A stretch of DNA of 64,000 nt from Sedimentisphaerales bacterium (GCA_963708075.1 OY970194.1:5696001-5760000); one strand, 5' to 3'; numbered from the stretch's first letter, positions 20,220-30,639 are shown. The notes: generated from the sequence alone by a model not told the origin. Numbers and translations: made by a program.

Positions 20220-20254
20220 GCCCAATGATCTGTGGTTGAAGGAGAATAGTACAC

Positions 20255-21508
20255 GTGCTGGTTGAACGGGATCATATTGGCATCTTCGGCAAGATGAACT
20301 GCGGCAAGAGCAGCATTATGAATCTGCTGACGCAGCAGGAGACGTCCATTGTCGATCCGACGCCGGGGACGACGGCGGATACGAAGATCGCCCTGCAGGA
20401 AATCCACGGCATGGGACCGGTCAAGCTGTTCGATACCGCCGGACTCGATGAAGGCAGCGGCCTGGGACAGAAGAAGCGGGCGAAGGTTCTTGCTGATCTG
20501 AAGGAGTGCGACCTTGTCCTGCTGGTCATCGACCCGGACACGCAGGACTTCGCAGCAGAGAGTGAGATCCTTGCAAACGCCCGCGAGCTGGATAAGCAAA
20601 TCCTGGTGATCTATAACCTGTTCACGCCGTCGAGCGGGCAGCGAATTTCGCTTGTCGAGCAGCGCATCCCGCTGCTGCGATTTCATAAGAAGATCAGCCT
20701 TGCCGCCGTCGATGCAAGCTATCGCCAGCCGCTGCTCGATTTCATACTCGCCAATCTCGTCTCGAAGAACTTCAAGATGGAGTTGCTGCCGTTCGTGCAG
20801 CCGGACGAGTTTTACGTGCTGAATATTCCGATGGACGCAGAGACTCCGCCGGGCAGATACCTGCGGCCGCAGGCGATGGCGGAGGAGTACATCTGCCGCC
20901 GGTGGGCGTATCCCGTCTCATACAGGATGGACCTGGGCAAGGCCCGTAGCGGCGACTCGGGCGAGCGCCGACGATTCGATATCTTCCTGGCTCAGTTCGG
21001 CCGGCGGCCCAAGGCGATCATTACCGATTCGCAGGCGATGGACCTGATGTACACGTGGACGCCGGAGGACATGATGCTGACCACGTTCTCCATCATGATG
21101 ATCAACTATGGCAGCCGCGGCCGGCTCGCCGCCTTTGCCGAGGGGATCAGGGCCCTCGATACGCTCAAGGCCGGCGACAAAGTTCTGATCACGGAGGCGT
21201 GCAACCATTCGCGGATCGCCGAAGATATCGGCACGGTGCAGATTCCGAACTACATTCAGCGTCGCTGGCCCGGCGTGGCCATCGAGCACAACTTCGGCCG
21301 CGAATTCCAGGAGAATGATCGGCTTGCCTCCTACAAGCTCGTCATCCACTGCGGCGGCTGCATGATCAGCCCCCAGAAGCTGCTCGCCCGCCTCCGCGAT
21401 CTCGACTCCACCGGCGTGCCCTACACCAACTATGGCATCTTCCTCGCTGCCATACAGGGCCCAGAAGCCCTTCGCCGGGTCCTGCGACCCTGGGGCATTG
21501 GAGATTGA
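20255..21508 (+). CDS. hydF: [FeFe]-hydrogenase H-cluster maturation GTPase
   Basis: GKMNCGKSS, GTTAD, DTAG, ITDSQA, EACNH, IHCGGCM, PYTNYG. Confidence 0.9.
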   Translation: MLVERDHIGIFGKMNCGKSSIMNLLTQQETSIVDPTPGTTADTKIALQEIHGMGPVKLFDTAGLDEGSGLGQKKRAKVLADLKECDLVLLVIDPDTQDFAAESEILANARELDKQILVIYNLFTPSSGQRISLVEQRIPLLRFHKKISLAAVDASYRQPLLDFILANLVSKNFKMELLPFVQPDEFYVLNIPMDAETPPGRYLRPQAMAEEYICRRWAYPVSYRMDLGKARSGDSGERRRFDIFLAQFGRRPKAIITDSQAMDLMYTWTPEDMMLTTFSIMMINYGSRGRLAAFAEGIRALDTLKAGDKVLITEACNHSRIAEDIGTVQIPNYIQRRWPGVAIEHNFGREFQENDRLASYKLVIHCGGCMISPQKLLARLRDLDSTGVPYTNYGIFLAAIQGPEALRRVLRPWGIGD

Positions 21509-21591
21509 CGATTTACGATTTACGATTTACGATTTGTGCCAAGGCCCTGGGTCTGATAGGTCCTATGGGTCCCATTTGTCCTATAGGTCCA
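21503..21591 (+). repeat. short tandem repeats: GATTTAC heptamers then 9-mers
   Basis: gattgac gatttac gatttac gatttac gatttg; ataggtcct atgggtccc atttgtcct ataggtcca. Confidence 0.8.
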
Positions 21592-21597
21592 TAATCC

Positions 21598-22770
21598 ATG
21601 AAAATCGTCCACATCATAACGCGACTGATCCTGGGCGGGGCCCAGGAAAATACACTGATCACATGCAAGCTCCTGGCCGAGCGCGGTCATGAGGTCACGC
21701 TGATCACCGGCCCGGCCATCGGTCCTGAGGGCCAGCTTTTCGATCAGACCAAGGGCCAGAAGTACCAGACCGTCGTGGTTGACGAGATGTGCCGCGCCAT
21801 CAATCCCGCGAAGGACTACGTCTGCTACGGCCGGCTCAAGGAATTGTTGCGCGAGCTCAAGCCGGACATCGTACACACGCACAGCGCCAAGGCCGGCATT
21901 CTCGGCCGATATGCCGCCTGGTCGCTCAAAGGCCAGTGGGCGCCGGATCGCCCGGGCGTCGTGCATACCCTGCATGGGCTGTCCTTCCATCCCTATCAGG
22001 GGCCCTGGGTCAATCGCCTCTACATCGCCGTTGAGAAGGCCGCCGGCAAGCGAACCGACTACTTCATCAGCGTCGCTGACGCGATGACGGAGCAGAACAA
22101 GGCCGAAGGCATCGGTGTGGACAAACCCTACGTCACCGCGTATTCCGCCATCGACGAGGAGCTGTTCCTCGCCCCCATTCCGGAGGAGAAGCGAAAGGGA
22201 TTTCGTCACAAGCACGGCATCCCTGAGGACGCCATCGTCCTGGTGACGATCGCGCGCCTGTTCGAGCTCAAGGGCCACGAGTACGTCATCGAGTCGGCCC
22301 GGCGGCTCTCCAAGCGTTTCGGCAACGTGATCTGGCTGTTCGTCGGCGACGGCAATCGAGCGGATGACTACAAGGAGCAGATCCGCAATCTCGGGCTGAC
22401 GGAGCGCTTTCGCTTCACGGGCCTGATGCCGCCCGACCAGATTCCGCTGGCGATCCAGTCTTCCGACATCCTCGTGCACTGTTCGCTTCGCGAGGGCCTG
22501 GCCCGCACGCTGCCGCAGGCGATGCTCTGCGGCCGGCCCGCCATCTCCTTCGACGTCGACGGCGCCTGCGAGGTGGTCAACGACAACACCGGCAGACTCG
22601 TCGAGCCGAAGGATGTCAACCAGCTCATCGATGCCTGCGCCGAGTTGATCCAGGACAAAGCCCTGCGTGAGAAGCTCGGCCACACCGCCCGCGAATCCGT
22701 CAAAACCAAATTCGCCCCCGACACCATGGTCGATGCCATCGAGGAAGTCTATAGGAAGCTGCTCGCCTGA
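21598..22770 (+). CDS. glycosyltransferase family 4
   Basis: ITRLILGGAQEN, VHTHSAKAG, SLREGLARTLPQAM. Confidence 0.92.
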   Translation: MKIVHIITRLILGGAQENTLITCKLLAERGHEVTLITGPAIGPEGQLFDQTKGQKYQTVVVDEMCRAINPAKDYVCYGRLKELLRELKPDIVHTHSAKAGILGRYAAWSLKGQWAPDRPGVVHTLHGLSFHPYQGPWVNRLYIAVEKAAGKRTDYFISVADAMTEQNKAEGIGVDKPYVTAYSAIDEELFLAPIPEEKRKGFRHKHGIPEDAIVLVTIARLFELKGHEYVIESARRLSKRFGNVIWLFVGDGNRADDYKEQIRNLGLTERFRFTGLMPPDQIPLAIQSSDILVHCSLREGLARTLPQAMLCGRPAISFDVDGACEVVNDNTGRLVEPKDVNQLIDACAELIQDKALREKLGHTARESVKTKFAPDTMVDAIEEVYRKLLA

Positions 22771-22782
22771 TTACTCGGCGGC

Positions 22783-23913
22783 CTATTCGATCACGTGAAT
22801 GTTCTTCTTCCGGCACATGTCCTTGAGGACTTTGGGCCAGACTGTTGCGCTGACTTCGCCGAGATGGGCCTTCTTGAGAATCGACATGAAGGTGCGAGAC
22901 TGGCCGATGCCGCCGCCGATGCTCAGCGGAATGTGGTCGTTGAGGATCGCCTGGTGATAGGGGAGCTTCAGGAAATCCAATTGCTTGCAGATCTCCAGTT
23001 GCTTCTTGAGGGAGTCGGCGGTGACACGGATACCCATGGAGGTGAGCTCGTGCCGGCGCTTTGTCACCGGGTTCCAGACGAGAATGTCGCCATTGAGCCC
23101 GTGCAGCATTTGGCCGTCATTGCGGGTTGTCTCCGTGACCCAATCGTCGTAGTCGGCGGCACGCATCTCGTGAGGATAGCCGTCGCGGAGCACCCAGCCG
23201 ATGCCGATAATGAATACGGCCGGGAATTCCTGGACGATCTTCGTCTCCCGCTGCTTGCGGGGCAGGTCGGGGTACTTGTCGAGGATCTCTTCCGCGTGCA
23301 GGAATGTGAGCTCCTCCGGCAGGTCCGGGTATTTGTCTGTCTTCAACTGCGGGAAGAGCTGCTGGACGTGCGTTTCCGCGCCCTTGATCACCTTCCAGAT
23401 CTTTCGCACGACCTCTTTGAGGAACGTGAGATTGCGCTGGTCCTTCGTGATGGCCAGCTCCCAGTCCCACTGGTCCACGTAGGCGCTGTGGTCGTGGTCG
23501 AGAAAGTAGTCCTTGCGGACGGCCCGCATGTCCGTGAGCAGGCCCTCGCCGGGTTGCATGCCGAACTGCCTCAGGGCCATGCGTTTCCACTTTGTGGCGG
23601 CCTGGACGACCTCGGCGTCGACGGGATTCTTGCCGCGGTCGTTGGTGATGTGGAACCGGACGGGCGTCCGCGAGCCGTCGCGGTCGAGGTAGTCATTGAC
23701 GCCGCTGCTGATGTCCACGATCAGCGGGACGGTGACACGAATGAGATTCAGCGCCTTGCACAGGTTCTGTTCGATGTAGTCCTTGACGGCGTAGGTGGCA
23801 ATCTGCGTCTCCCTGGGCGACAGGAGCGAGCGGTAGTCGTGAGGGAGGATGTTTTCGAGTTCGGCGTAGTCGCCGATTCCAGGACCCGCCAAGTCAGCTT
23901 TCTTGTCCAGCAT
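22783..23913 (-). CDS. asnA: aspartate--ammonia ligase
   Basis: EVVQAATKWKR, HSAYVDQWDWE, ELTSMGIRV, SIGGGIGQSR. Confidence 0.93.
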   Translation of the reverse strand: MLDKKADLAGPGIGDYAELENILPHDYRSLLSPRETQIATYAVKDYIEQNLCKALNLIRVTVPLIVDISSGVNDYLDRDGSRTPVRFHITNDRGKNPVDAEVVQAATKWKRMALRQFGMQPGEGLLTDMRAVRKDYFLDHDHSAYVDQWDWELAITKDQRNLTFLKEVVRKIWKVIKGAETHVQQLFPQLKTDKYPDLPEELTFLHAEEILDKYPDLPRKQRETKIVQEFPAVFIIGIGWVLRDGYPHEMRAADYDDWVTETTRNDGQMLHGLNGDILVWNPVTKRRHELTSMGIRVTADSLKKQLEICKQLDFLKLPYHQAILNDHIPLSIGGGIGQSRTFMSILKKAHLGEVSATVWPKVLKDMCRKKNIHVIE

Positions 23914-24044
23914 TGGGCATCTCCTAAGACCTGTGACAGATTTCTGCAACGCGGCACACTCAGGGAAATCGTATCGCACGGGCGCACGATGTCAAGAATA
24001 GAATGGGGTTTGTCACGCGGTTCCGGACAGTCGCAGCCGACAGT

Positions 24045-25310
24045 CTATGCGAATTCCACCGGATAGGCCGAGGGATTCCGGACGGCTTTTACCGCGTCGG
24101 GCAGATGGGCCAGTTCGTTCGCGAGTCGCTGCTCGATCACAGGCGTCGGCTCGGCGGATTCGAAGGGTCTCAGCAGGTCGTCGGCGTTTGCTCGAAAAGG
24201 GAAGACGACATCTTTTTCGTAGACTCTGTCGCCGATTCGCGTGACGGTCTTGCGGCCGGGGAGGGTGGCTTTGTCGGGCGAAGTCTTGTGCAGTGGCCTG
24301 TCGCCATACTGGGCGATCTTGTACACGATGCCGATAGCGGGGGCGTGCTGGGAGACGGTGAAGCGCGTTCCGACCCCGAAGCCGTCGATCTCAGCGCCGG
24401 CGGCCAGCAGGTCGGCGATCCGGAATTCGTCGAGGTCGCCGCTGGCGAAGATCTTCAGGGACTCCAATCCCTCCTTTTTGAAGCGCTCTCGGGCGAATTT
24501 GCTCAGGTCGAGCAAGTCCCCGCTGTCAAGCCGGATACCGCGTATCTTGATGCCTCTGCCGGCGAAGTCCCTGGCCACGCGGGCGGCGGTCATGATTCCT
24601 TCGTGGCTGTCGTAGGTATCGACTAACAGGATGGTCCTTTCGCCGTAGATCCCGGCGAAGTCGCGGAAGGCCTGTTCCTCGGATTCGTGCGCCTCGATGA
24701 ACGAGTGTGCCATCGTGCCGGACGGAGGCATCGAGAGGAGCCTGGCGGCAAAGAGGTTGCTCGTGGCGGAGAATCCTGCGATCTGGCCGCCGCGGGCGGC
24801 CCGAATTGCAGAGATCGGGCCCTGGCAGCGACGTAACCCGAAATCGATCACGGGCAGACCCCTGGCGGCAAGCATGAGCCTGGCGCCCAATGCCGCCTCG
24901 ATGATGGAGAAGCCCAGGATGTTCAGGATGTAGGTTTCAAGCAGTTGCGCGTGAAGGATGGGACCGCTCACCTCCATGATCGGCTCGTTCGCGAAGAAGA
25001 CCGTGCCCTCCGGCAGAGCCCGGACGTTCACATCCAGCTCGAGAGCCGAGAGGTATTCCAGGAAGTCGCTTGCGAATATCTCCGTGGAGCGCAGGTAGTC
25101 GATGTCCTCGGCGCCGAAGCGGAACTCTCGCAGATAGCTCTCCACCTCCGGCAGGCCGGCCATGACGAAGAATCCCCAATGCTCGGGAAGGTGCCGGACG
25201 AAGACCTCGAAGTACGCGGTCTCATTCATGGCCTTGCGGAAGTAGGCCTGCGCCATTGTCAACTCGTAGAGGTCTGTAAACAGCGCGGGCGTCGTTTTGA
25301 TCAGCCACAT
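24045..25310 (-). CDS. pncB: nicotinate phosphoribosyltransferase
   Basis: LFTDLYELTM, DFGLRR, GTMAHS, LLVDTYD, IRLDSGD. Confidence 0.95.
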   Translation of the reverse strand: MWLIKTTPALFTDLYELTMAQAYFRKAMNETAYFEVFVRHLPEHWGFFVMAGLPEVESYLREFRFGAEDIDYLRSTEIFASDFLEYLSALELDVNVRALPEGTVFFANEPIMEVSGPILHAQLLETYILNILGFSIIEAALGARLMLAARGLPVIDFGLRRCQGPISAIRAARGGQIAGFSATSNLFAARLLSMPPSGTMAHSFIEAHESEEQAFRDFAGIYGERTILLVDTYDSHEGIMTAARVARDFAGRGIKIRGIRLDSGDLLDLSKFARERFKKEGLESLKIFASGDLDEFRIADLLAAGAEIDGFGVGTRFTVSQHAPAIGIVYKIAQYGDRPLHKTSPDKATLPGRKTVTRIGDRVYEKDVVFPFRANADDLLRPFESAEPTPVIEQRLANELAHLPDAVKAVRNPSAYPVEFA

Positions 25311-25945
25311 GGCACCATCTCTCGCAACTGACTCGATTCGACGACGTCCACTCCCAGGCTCTGCAGGTCGTCGAGCACCTGTTCGTCCGGCCTGATGCCC
25401 ATGCCTTTCGTGGCGTCTCTTACCACCAATAGTTCGACGCCGGGCCATCGCGCCAGCTTTCTCAAAGTGTCTTCGACGCAGACATCGAGCGCGACCCCAA
25501 ACACAATGACCCGTCCCGGGTTGGCCGCCTCAAGGAGCCGGATCGTGTTTGGGCTGGAAAAGGCGCTGATTGCCTCCTTGCGGATCACAACGTGAAACTG
25601 ATCCGGCTGCACCAACTCCTCCAACTCGCCGGGATTTCTCGGCTCCAGACCGACGTAGTCGATGGGCAACGTGCCCAGATAGCCCACCCTTGCCGCTCCA
25701 GGCGTGCCGGCCATGCAGTGCGGCGGAAATGTCTTCTCGAAATCAGGAGTTTCGGAGATTTCCGGATTGGTCATGCTGTGCCAGTCCTGTGAGGCGATGA
25801 TGGAGCAGCCGTGGTCGAGCGCCATCGCGCGAACGTCGCTGACCGCGGGGATGATCTGGTCGGCCCCTTCCATGTAGAGCTTGCCGTCCGGCATCATGAA
25901 GTCATACTGCGTGTCGGCATCCCAGAATATTGTCCTCTTTTCCAT
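25301..25945 (-). CDS. pncA: nicotinamidase/isochorismatase-family cysteine hydrolase
   Basis: DTQYDFM, QDWH, FPPHC, GVALDVCV; overlaps pncB start. Confidence 0.85.
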   Translation of the reverse strand: MEKRTIFWDADTQYDFMMPDGKLYMEGADQIIPAVSDVRAMALDHGCSIIASQDWHSMTNPEISETPDFEKTFPPHCMAGTPGAARVGYLGTLPIDYVGLEPRNPGELEELVQPDQFHVVIRKEAISAFSSPNTIRLLEAANPGRVIVFGVALDVCVEDTLRKLARWPGVELLVVRDATKGMGIRPDEQVLDDLQSLGVDVVESSQLREMVPCG

Positions 25946-25989
25946 GGTCTGTTACCCCTTAGAGATCGTGAGACCACTCACTCGCAATG

Positions 25990-26052
25990 GAGCGTAGAAG
26001 CGTGGAGGCATTAGTGCGTTGATGCGTTTTACAATCCCACGCTTCTACGCTC
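25990..26052. repeat. 16-bp perfect inverted repeat in the pncA-yjbQ divergent intergenic region
   Basis: GAGCGTAGAAGCGTGG / CCACGCTTCTACGCTC, followed by an extra CTACGCTC. Confidence 0.75.
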
Positions 26053-26186
26053 AGAGATTCCTACGCTCGCCAGGAGGATGGGTTTTCATTTACCCGGCCC
26101 ATTTCACCTCCAGGCCAAAGATGCTACAATCCCACAGCAATGCGAAGTCTCGTTTCGTTACTCAGCGTGTGCAGGAAAGGTCAATC

Positions 26187-26311
26187 GTGAAGAGTTACAG
26201 GAAAGAGCTGTGGTTCGATATCCAGCAGAGACGGGAATTCGTCAATATCACGCCGCAGGTGCAGCAGTGCCTGCAGGAAAGCGGGATCAAGGAGGGCTTT
26301 GTGCTGTGCAA
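26187..26311 (+). pseudogene. yjbQ: 5' fragment of host yjbQ (UPF0047), interrupted by the integrated element
   Basis: GTG after [49 protein letters not shown]; joins in frame to NAMHITASV at 35023. Confidence 0.92.
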
Positions 26312-27978
26312 TCACAAGCAGATTTAGTTACTGCACTGACAAGCTCCTTCTGCTTCGGCAGGGGCCAGCCAGCACCGTGCTCGTAGTCTTCTGCCATAGC
26401 GGATTTCAGCTTTTCGCCCCACCGGATCAGACCAGATTCCTCAATCAGGTGGCCATGTATGCTGAACGTCCAGTTTCCTTCCCCATCCCACCGGATATAG
26501 ACGCCCATCCGCTCGCCGTCGGCCATCTTGCCGCTGAACACGGTCTCGACCAATGCCCGCCGCTCCTCATAGGTCATTTTGCTGAGGGGCTTGTGTGCGG
26601 CCAGCCGCTTCCCGGTGCTTATCCGGGCCATGAGGCGTTGGAACTCGGTGGCAACCTTCTTGGATGCCGCCTCGACCCGTTGCGGGCTCGGCAGGGTGCC
26701 GAGATAGTCTGTTAGGGTGATTTGCTCCTCGTGCAGCCGTTGTTCGCGGTCCTTCGTTTCTAACAGAAGCTTGTCAGCCATAGCCTCATCCAAGGTGCCC
26801 TTGAGAACGCGACGGCCAAGCGCCTCCTTGCCTTCCTCGATCTTCTTCAACTCAGCGTCGATGCGGTTAAGTTTCTGTCTGTAGGCTTTGACCTTTTCAA
26901 CATCGCCGGATGCCGCCGAGATCGCACGTTGGATGGCGAGCGGATTGCCGAAGGTCCCGAACAGATGGAGTATCACCAGTTCCTCAACCTCGTCTGCCGG
27001 AATCCACGTCTTGTTAGGCTGGTCGCATGCCTTTACACGTCTTGTATGGGCGTGCCGATAGTATCGCTGTTCATGCTTGCGGTGGTTGGTCTGGCCGAAC
27101 ATGGCATACCCACAGTGCTCGCAGAAGATCATCCGCGACAACAAATAGGTGTGCTTGCTATGGCCATGTGTATAAGTCTTGTTGGCTTGTGTCTTTTGCC
27201 TGATCGCCTGTATGGTTGCCTCTGGAAGCAGGCGGGGGATTTGCGTCACTACGACTTCAGGCGGCCTGTTTACCGGTCGGAAGGTCTGGACCCATCCATC
27301 GCCACACCGCTGAGTCAGCGTCTTCCACAAGCTGGCGTTGTTCACCCCCAGTTCATCCGCCAATGCCTGCATCGACTCGCCAGCAAGGTACCGCTTTGCT
27401 ATGCCCGCGATGATCGCCTGCTTGTCGTTGTCAATTCCCCATTGCTCCGTTTCCTTGTTCCACGTCCGCCCCCAAGGCCGCTTGCCGCACGCGGAGCATC
27501 CACGCTTCGCTCTCTTGATGCGAGAGGCAAGCGACCTCTGTTTTTGGCTGCGAGCCTGAAATGCCCCAAACACCGTGCCCATGTCGATAAACAGCCGGTG
27601 TTCAGGGCAGTTTAGATCGTATTCCGTGGCACCGATGAAGAACTTGATGCCATGCTCAACAAACAGGTCCAGACCTTGATGTGATTTGGCGTTGTCTCGG
27701 CTCCATCGGTCACCCTTGTCTACGATGACGGCATCGAACCGCCCTCTGCCTGCGTCAGCCAAGAGCCGGTCAATCTCCTTCTTTTCATAGCCTGCGGTCG
27801 CGTGCTCCTGCCCGCCATACCATTCGATGATCTGTCCGCCAAGCAATTCAACGGCTCCTTCGATCTGCTCCTTCTGGACATGTAGGCTCTCGCCCTTCTT
27901 GTCCTGCCCCTCGGTAGATACTCGCCGCAACGCACCGAATCTGCATGGTGCTGCTGCCTGCCCCTGCTGCTTGGCCAT
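26287..27978 (-). CDS. large serine recombinase (integrase)
   Basis: RRVSTEGQ catalytic Ser, DRWSR, recombinase domain, [12 protein letters not shown] zinc ribbon, coiled coil; 3' end crosses attL. Confidence 0.93.
   Translation of the reverse strand: MAKQQGQAAAPCRFGALRRVSTEGQDKKGESLHVQKEQIEGAVELLGGQIIEWYGGQEHATAGYEKKEIDRLLADAGRGRFDAVIVDKGDRWSRDNAKSHQGLDLFVEHGIKFFIGATEYDLNCPEHRLFIDMGTVFGAFQARSQKQRSLASRIKRAKRGCSACGKRPWGRTWNKETEQWGIDNDKQAIIAGIAKRYLAGESMQALADELGVNNASLWKTLTQRCGDGWVQTFRPVNRPPEVVVTQIPRLLPEATIQAIRQKTQANKTYTHGHSKHTYLLSRMIFCEHCGYAMFGQTNHRKHEQRYYRHAHTRRVKACDQPNKTWIPADEVEELVILHLFGTFGNPLAIQRAISAASGDVEKVKAYRQKLNRIDAELKKIEEGKEALGRRVLKGTLDEAMADKLLLETKDREQRLHEEQITLTDYLGTLPSPQRVEAASKKVATEFQRLMARISTGKRLAAHKPLSKMTYEERRALVETVFSGKMADGERMGVYIRWDGEGNWTFSIHGHLIEESGLIRWGEKLKSAMAEDYEHGAGWPLPKQKELVSAVTKSACDCTAQSPP
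26308..26337. other. attL (core GCAA plus element arm)
   Basis: GCAA-TCACAAGCAGATTTA-GTTACTGCACT; arm mirrors the attR arm. Confidence 0.85.
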
Positions 27979-28244
27979 ACGCCTGACCTTTCTGCTTGAC
28001 CGTTCAAGAGTAGGGGGCGGCATGATTGCCGGTCAAGCGGAGCAATCCGGCTCAGGGGATCAATCCCAAGCCGCTTGCCGCCCCAACCTAATTGCACTAT
28101 CTTGCTCACTGCTGTGGGACCCACACGCAGTTTTGTAGATATATTGGTTTCCTGTCGCCTGGGTGCAGAAGACAGTGACATTTCCCGCTTCTTAATGGCT
28201 CCTGAGTTGAAAGACCATGCATGACCATGTACTCAACTTTCCCC

Positions 28245-29054
28245 CTACTCTCTGGATGGCATTAAAGGCGGATTCTCGTATCCGTTCTCGCCAAAAGATT
28301 CCCTGAAAAACTCTGACAAAAATGTGCGGTGCCTTGCTGCTCCGCCCCGACCTTCCTGCAATCTGCGATTTCGGTTCTTGTTTTCACCCCTGCCCTCCAT
28401 CGCCTGCACTATCCTCGTCGTCGTACAGTCCAGCCAGCGCCCCTGCATGTCCTCGAAGGCGACATCGGCGTACATATTGGCTGTCGTCACTGGACTGGCA
28501 TGGCCCAACTGTTTCTGTACGAGCCGGAGGTTGCCGCACTTCCTGAGCAAATGCGTAGCCAGCGTGTGCCTCGCGCTGTGGATTGACAGGTCGTCCCGTA
28601 GGCCCGCAAGAGCAACAGCCCTCTTCCATGCCTGCTGTGCGCCTCGGTTTGTCAGCGGCCCCCTCTGGCCTACGAACAAAGGCCCATCTGCATCCGTCAG
28701 TCCCTTGTGGTTCGCCTTGTCCATACCCTTGAGCCTATCAGCACGCCATTGCAGATAGGCCCGCAAATGCTGCACGCACTGTTTGCCGTCGATAGCCACT
28801 GTCTCCACGTCCCTCGCCCTCTTCTTTAAGCGGACGACCCTCAAGGCCCCCATCCGCAAATCAACGTCCTGCACTTTCAGGGCGACGAGTTCGCTGACCC
28901 GTAGGCCCGTTGACATCGCCAAGTCCACGACCGCCCACGCCAACACGCCGTTGACGCGACCATATCGGAGGTCGGTTATGGCTCTGGCCTCTGTCATCGT
29001 TCGCAGCTTTCTGACTTCGTCCTTACCCATGTACTTGGCTCTATCAACACTCAT
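28245..29054 (-). CDS. short tyrosine recombinase (catalytic domain only); possible frameshift near 28440, natural stop possibly 28384
   Basis: TGLRVSEL, HSARH, QLGH, TTANMY; one extra G in the GGGG run would give ...MQGALAGLYDDEDSAGDGGQG*. Confidence 0.9.
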   Translation of the reverse strand: MSVDRAKYMGKDEVRKLRTMTEARAITDLRYGRVNGVLAWAVVDLAMSTGLRVSELVALKVQDVDLRMGALRVVRLKKRARDVETVAIDGKQCVQHLRAYLQWRADRLKGMDKANHKGLTDADGPLFVGQRGPLTNRGAQQAWKRAVALAGLRDDLSIHSARHTLATHLLRKCGNLRLVQKQLGHASPVTTANMYADVAFEDMQGRWLDCTTTRIVQAMEGRGENKNRNRRLQEGRGGAARHRTFLSEFFRESFGENGYENPPLMPSRE

Positions 29055-29141
29055 CTGTGTTCTCCTGTGCGCTAAACTCAGTACCCTACATAGTATACAC
29101 GGTATATTATACGGCTATGTTTGTTCTGTAGCAATAGAAAG

Positions 29142-29169
29142 TCGGCACAATATAGTAATTATGTGCTGA
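29142..29169. other. candidate 28-bp tyrosine-recombinase (dif-like) site
   Basis: TCGGCACAATA-TAGTAA-TTATGTGCTGA, 11-6-11 architecture with inverted arms, 88 bp upstream of the recombinase start. Confidence 0.5.
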
Positions 29170-29875
29170 GATTTTTATAACCCCCCGAAAACAAGGGACT
29201 CACGTAAGCAAAAGCTATGACCCTTATGTTTTACACGCGTAGAGCGGTGCTATCGCTGGCGTGACCACAGTCTAACCCTGTGGCAAGTCCGGCTCGAGCA
29301 CCACGCGTAGCTCTGGCAGTGCAGAGGCGTCATCGTCACGCACTGGCTTTCACATACCCATTATTATCGTGACGGTTTTAGGCCTATTTTGCGGCTCCGA
29401 CCATTTTTCGGACAACAAACAAGGGGGTCGTGACATATGCCTGATGTAAGTTCCAATGGGGGCTGAACTTATGGTTGGCTGCCACGCGAAATATTTTTAG
29501 GATGTGCTGCGCGGGGGGGGGTGGACGAGTGGAGAGGCTACCCGGCTTTATGACGGCCCTCTACGCTTTGCGTTCCAGCCCAAGCGTCCTTGCCGGGCCC
29601 GTCATGCTGAAATCTGCCGCCCCTGTCCCCCCACAGGTTCTCAAAAAAATTCAGACGCAAATTTCTGGCGACCCTCTACACCGCCCCTCTCGTTTTGAAT
29701 CTGCAATTCGACCCCTCCCGGTAGGGGTCCAGAGGCCCGGAGATGCTTCTGAGCTTGTGGATAACGTGAGGCGAGATTGTTCTCGGTGGCAGGAGGGTAG
29801 AGGTGCTGCGGACGGGTACGTGCTTAGCGGGGAAACTACCTGGTCAGGTGGGCCTCTGTTGTGGCTACGATCAGA

Positions 29876-30574
29876 TTAGAGCTTCTTTTGATCTTCCTGC
29901 TCGCGAATCGAATGCTCCAAGGTTTCCATATCATCTCGTTTATACTCCATCCGGTGCGTTACTTTGAAGTTATCGCCGTGCAACAGGTGTGTGATCGTAA
30001 CTTGCCCTGCTCTCCATTGCGAATGAACCATTAAGTGGCCAGCCTCGACCGCCCTACCCCACTTATCGGGGCGATCTTTGAAAAGATCCTCCTTCCACAC
30101 TTTTTCAGTTGTGGCGGGTTTACCGTACTTCTTGGACAACAGGGCATCTATCTGATCGAAGTCCTCGAAAAAAAGGTTACTACTTACATGCTCCTCTGCA
30201 AACTGGTACTGACCGCGAACAAAGCGTCCTCCGACCAGCTTGAAAACACAATGAGCCTTCAGGCTACCCACTGTGTCTGCAAAGGCGACTAAGGCCTCCC
30301 CGTCAAAAAGAGGCTTTTCTTTGATCTGCCGTCTGACTTCGTCCGCTGTTGCTCCCCAGGGGACGCCACGGAAAAGGACCTCGTTGGGGTCCTTCGTTCT
30401 TTTGTATTCCCATGAACCATCTTTATAGAGCATGACACGTTGGCCGGATAAGGTAATCGCTTCTTCTGCCAATTCTTTGCGTGGTTGTGAGCCCATACCT
30501 CCTGCCACACAAACCATCACGCATACAAGCATCGCCATATGCCTCATCGTCATTCTCCTCTCTTCCACGTTCAT
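29876..30574 (-). CDS. secreted hypothetical protein (FRG-x-PWG motif)
   Basis: Hydrophobic N-terminus; VMLYKDGSWEY; FRGVPWGAT; start uncertain. Confidence 0.75.
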   Translation of the reverse strand: MNVEERRMTMRHMAMLVCVMVCVAGGMGSQPRKELAEEAITLSGQRVMLYKDGSWEYKRTKDPNEVLFRGVPWGATADEVRRQIKEKPLFDGEALVAFADTVGSLKAHCVFKLVGGRFVRGQYQFAEEHVSSNLFFEDFDQIDALLSKKYGKPATTEKVWKEDLFKDRPDKWGRAVEAGHLMVHSQWRAGQVTITHLLHGDNFKVTHRMEYKRDDMETLEHSIREQEDQKKL

Positions 30575-30639
30575 GTCTTTCTCCCTTCCAATCATAGCCG
30601 TCTCGTACCACTGCCGGTCCTTCCTATTGCCTCTTGCAC

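Noticed and set aside
26019..26327. 102-aa ORF as a real protein
   Set aside because: Only the part from GTG 26187 is yjbQ-like and has an RBS; the rest is an upstream extension plus att read-through.
29475..29879. 134-aa ORF inside the element
   Set aside because: TTG start, no RBS, low-complexity runs and no recognisable motif; more likely non-coding.
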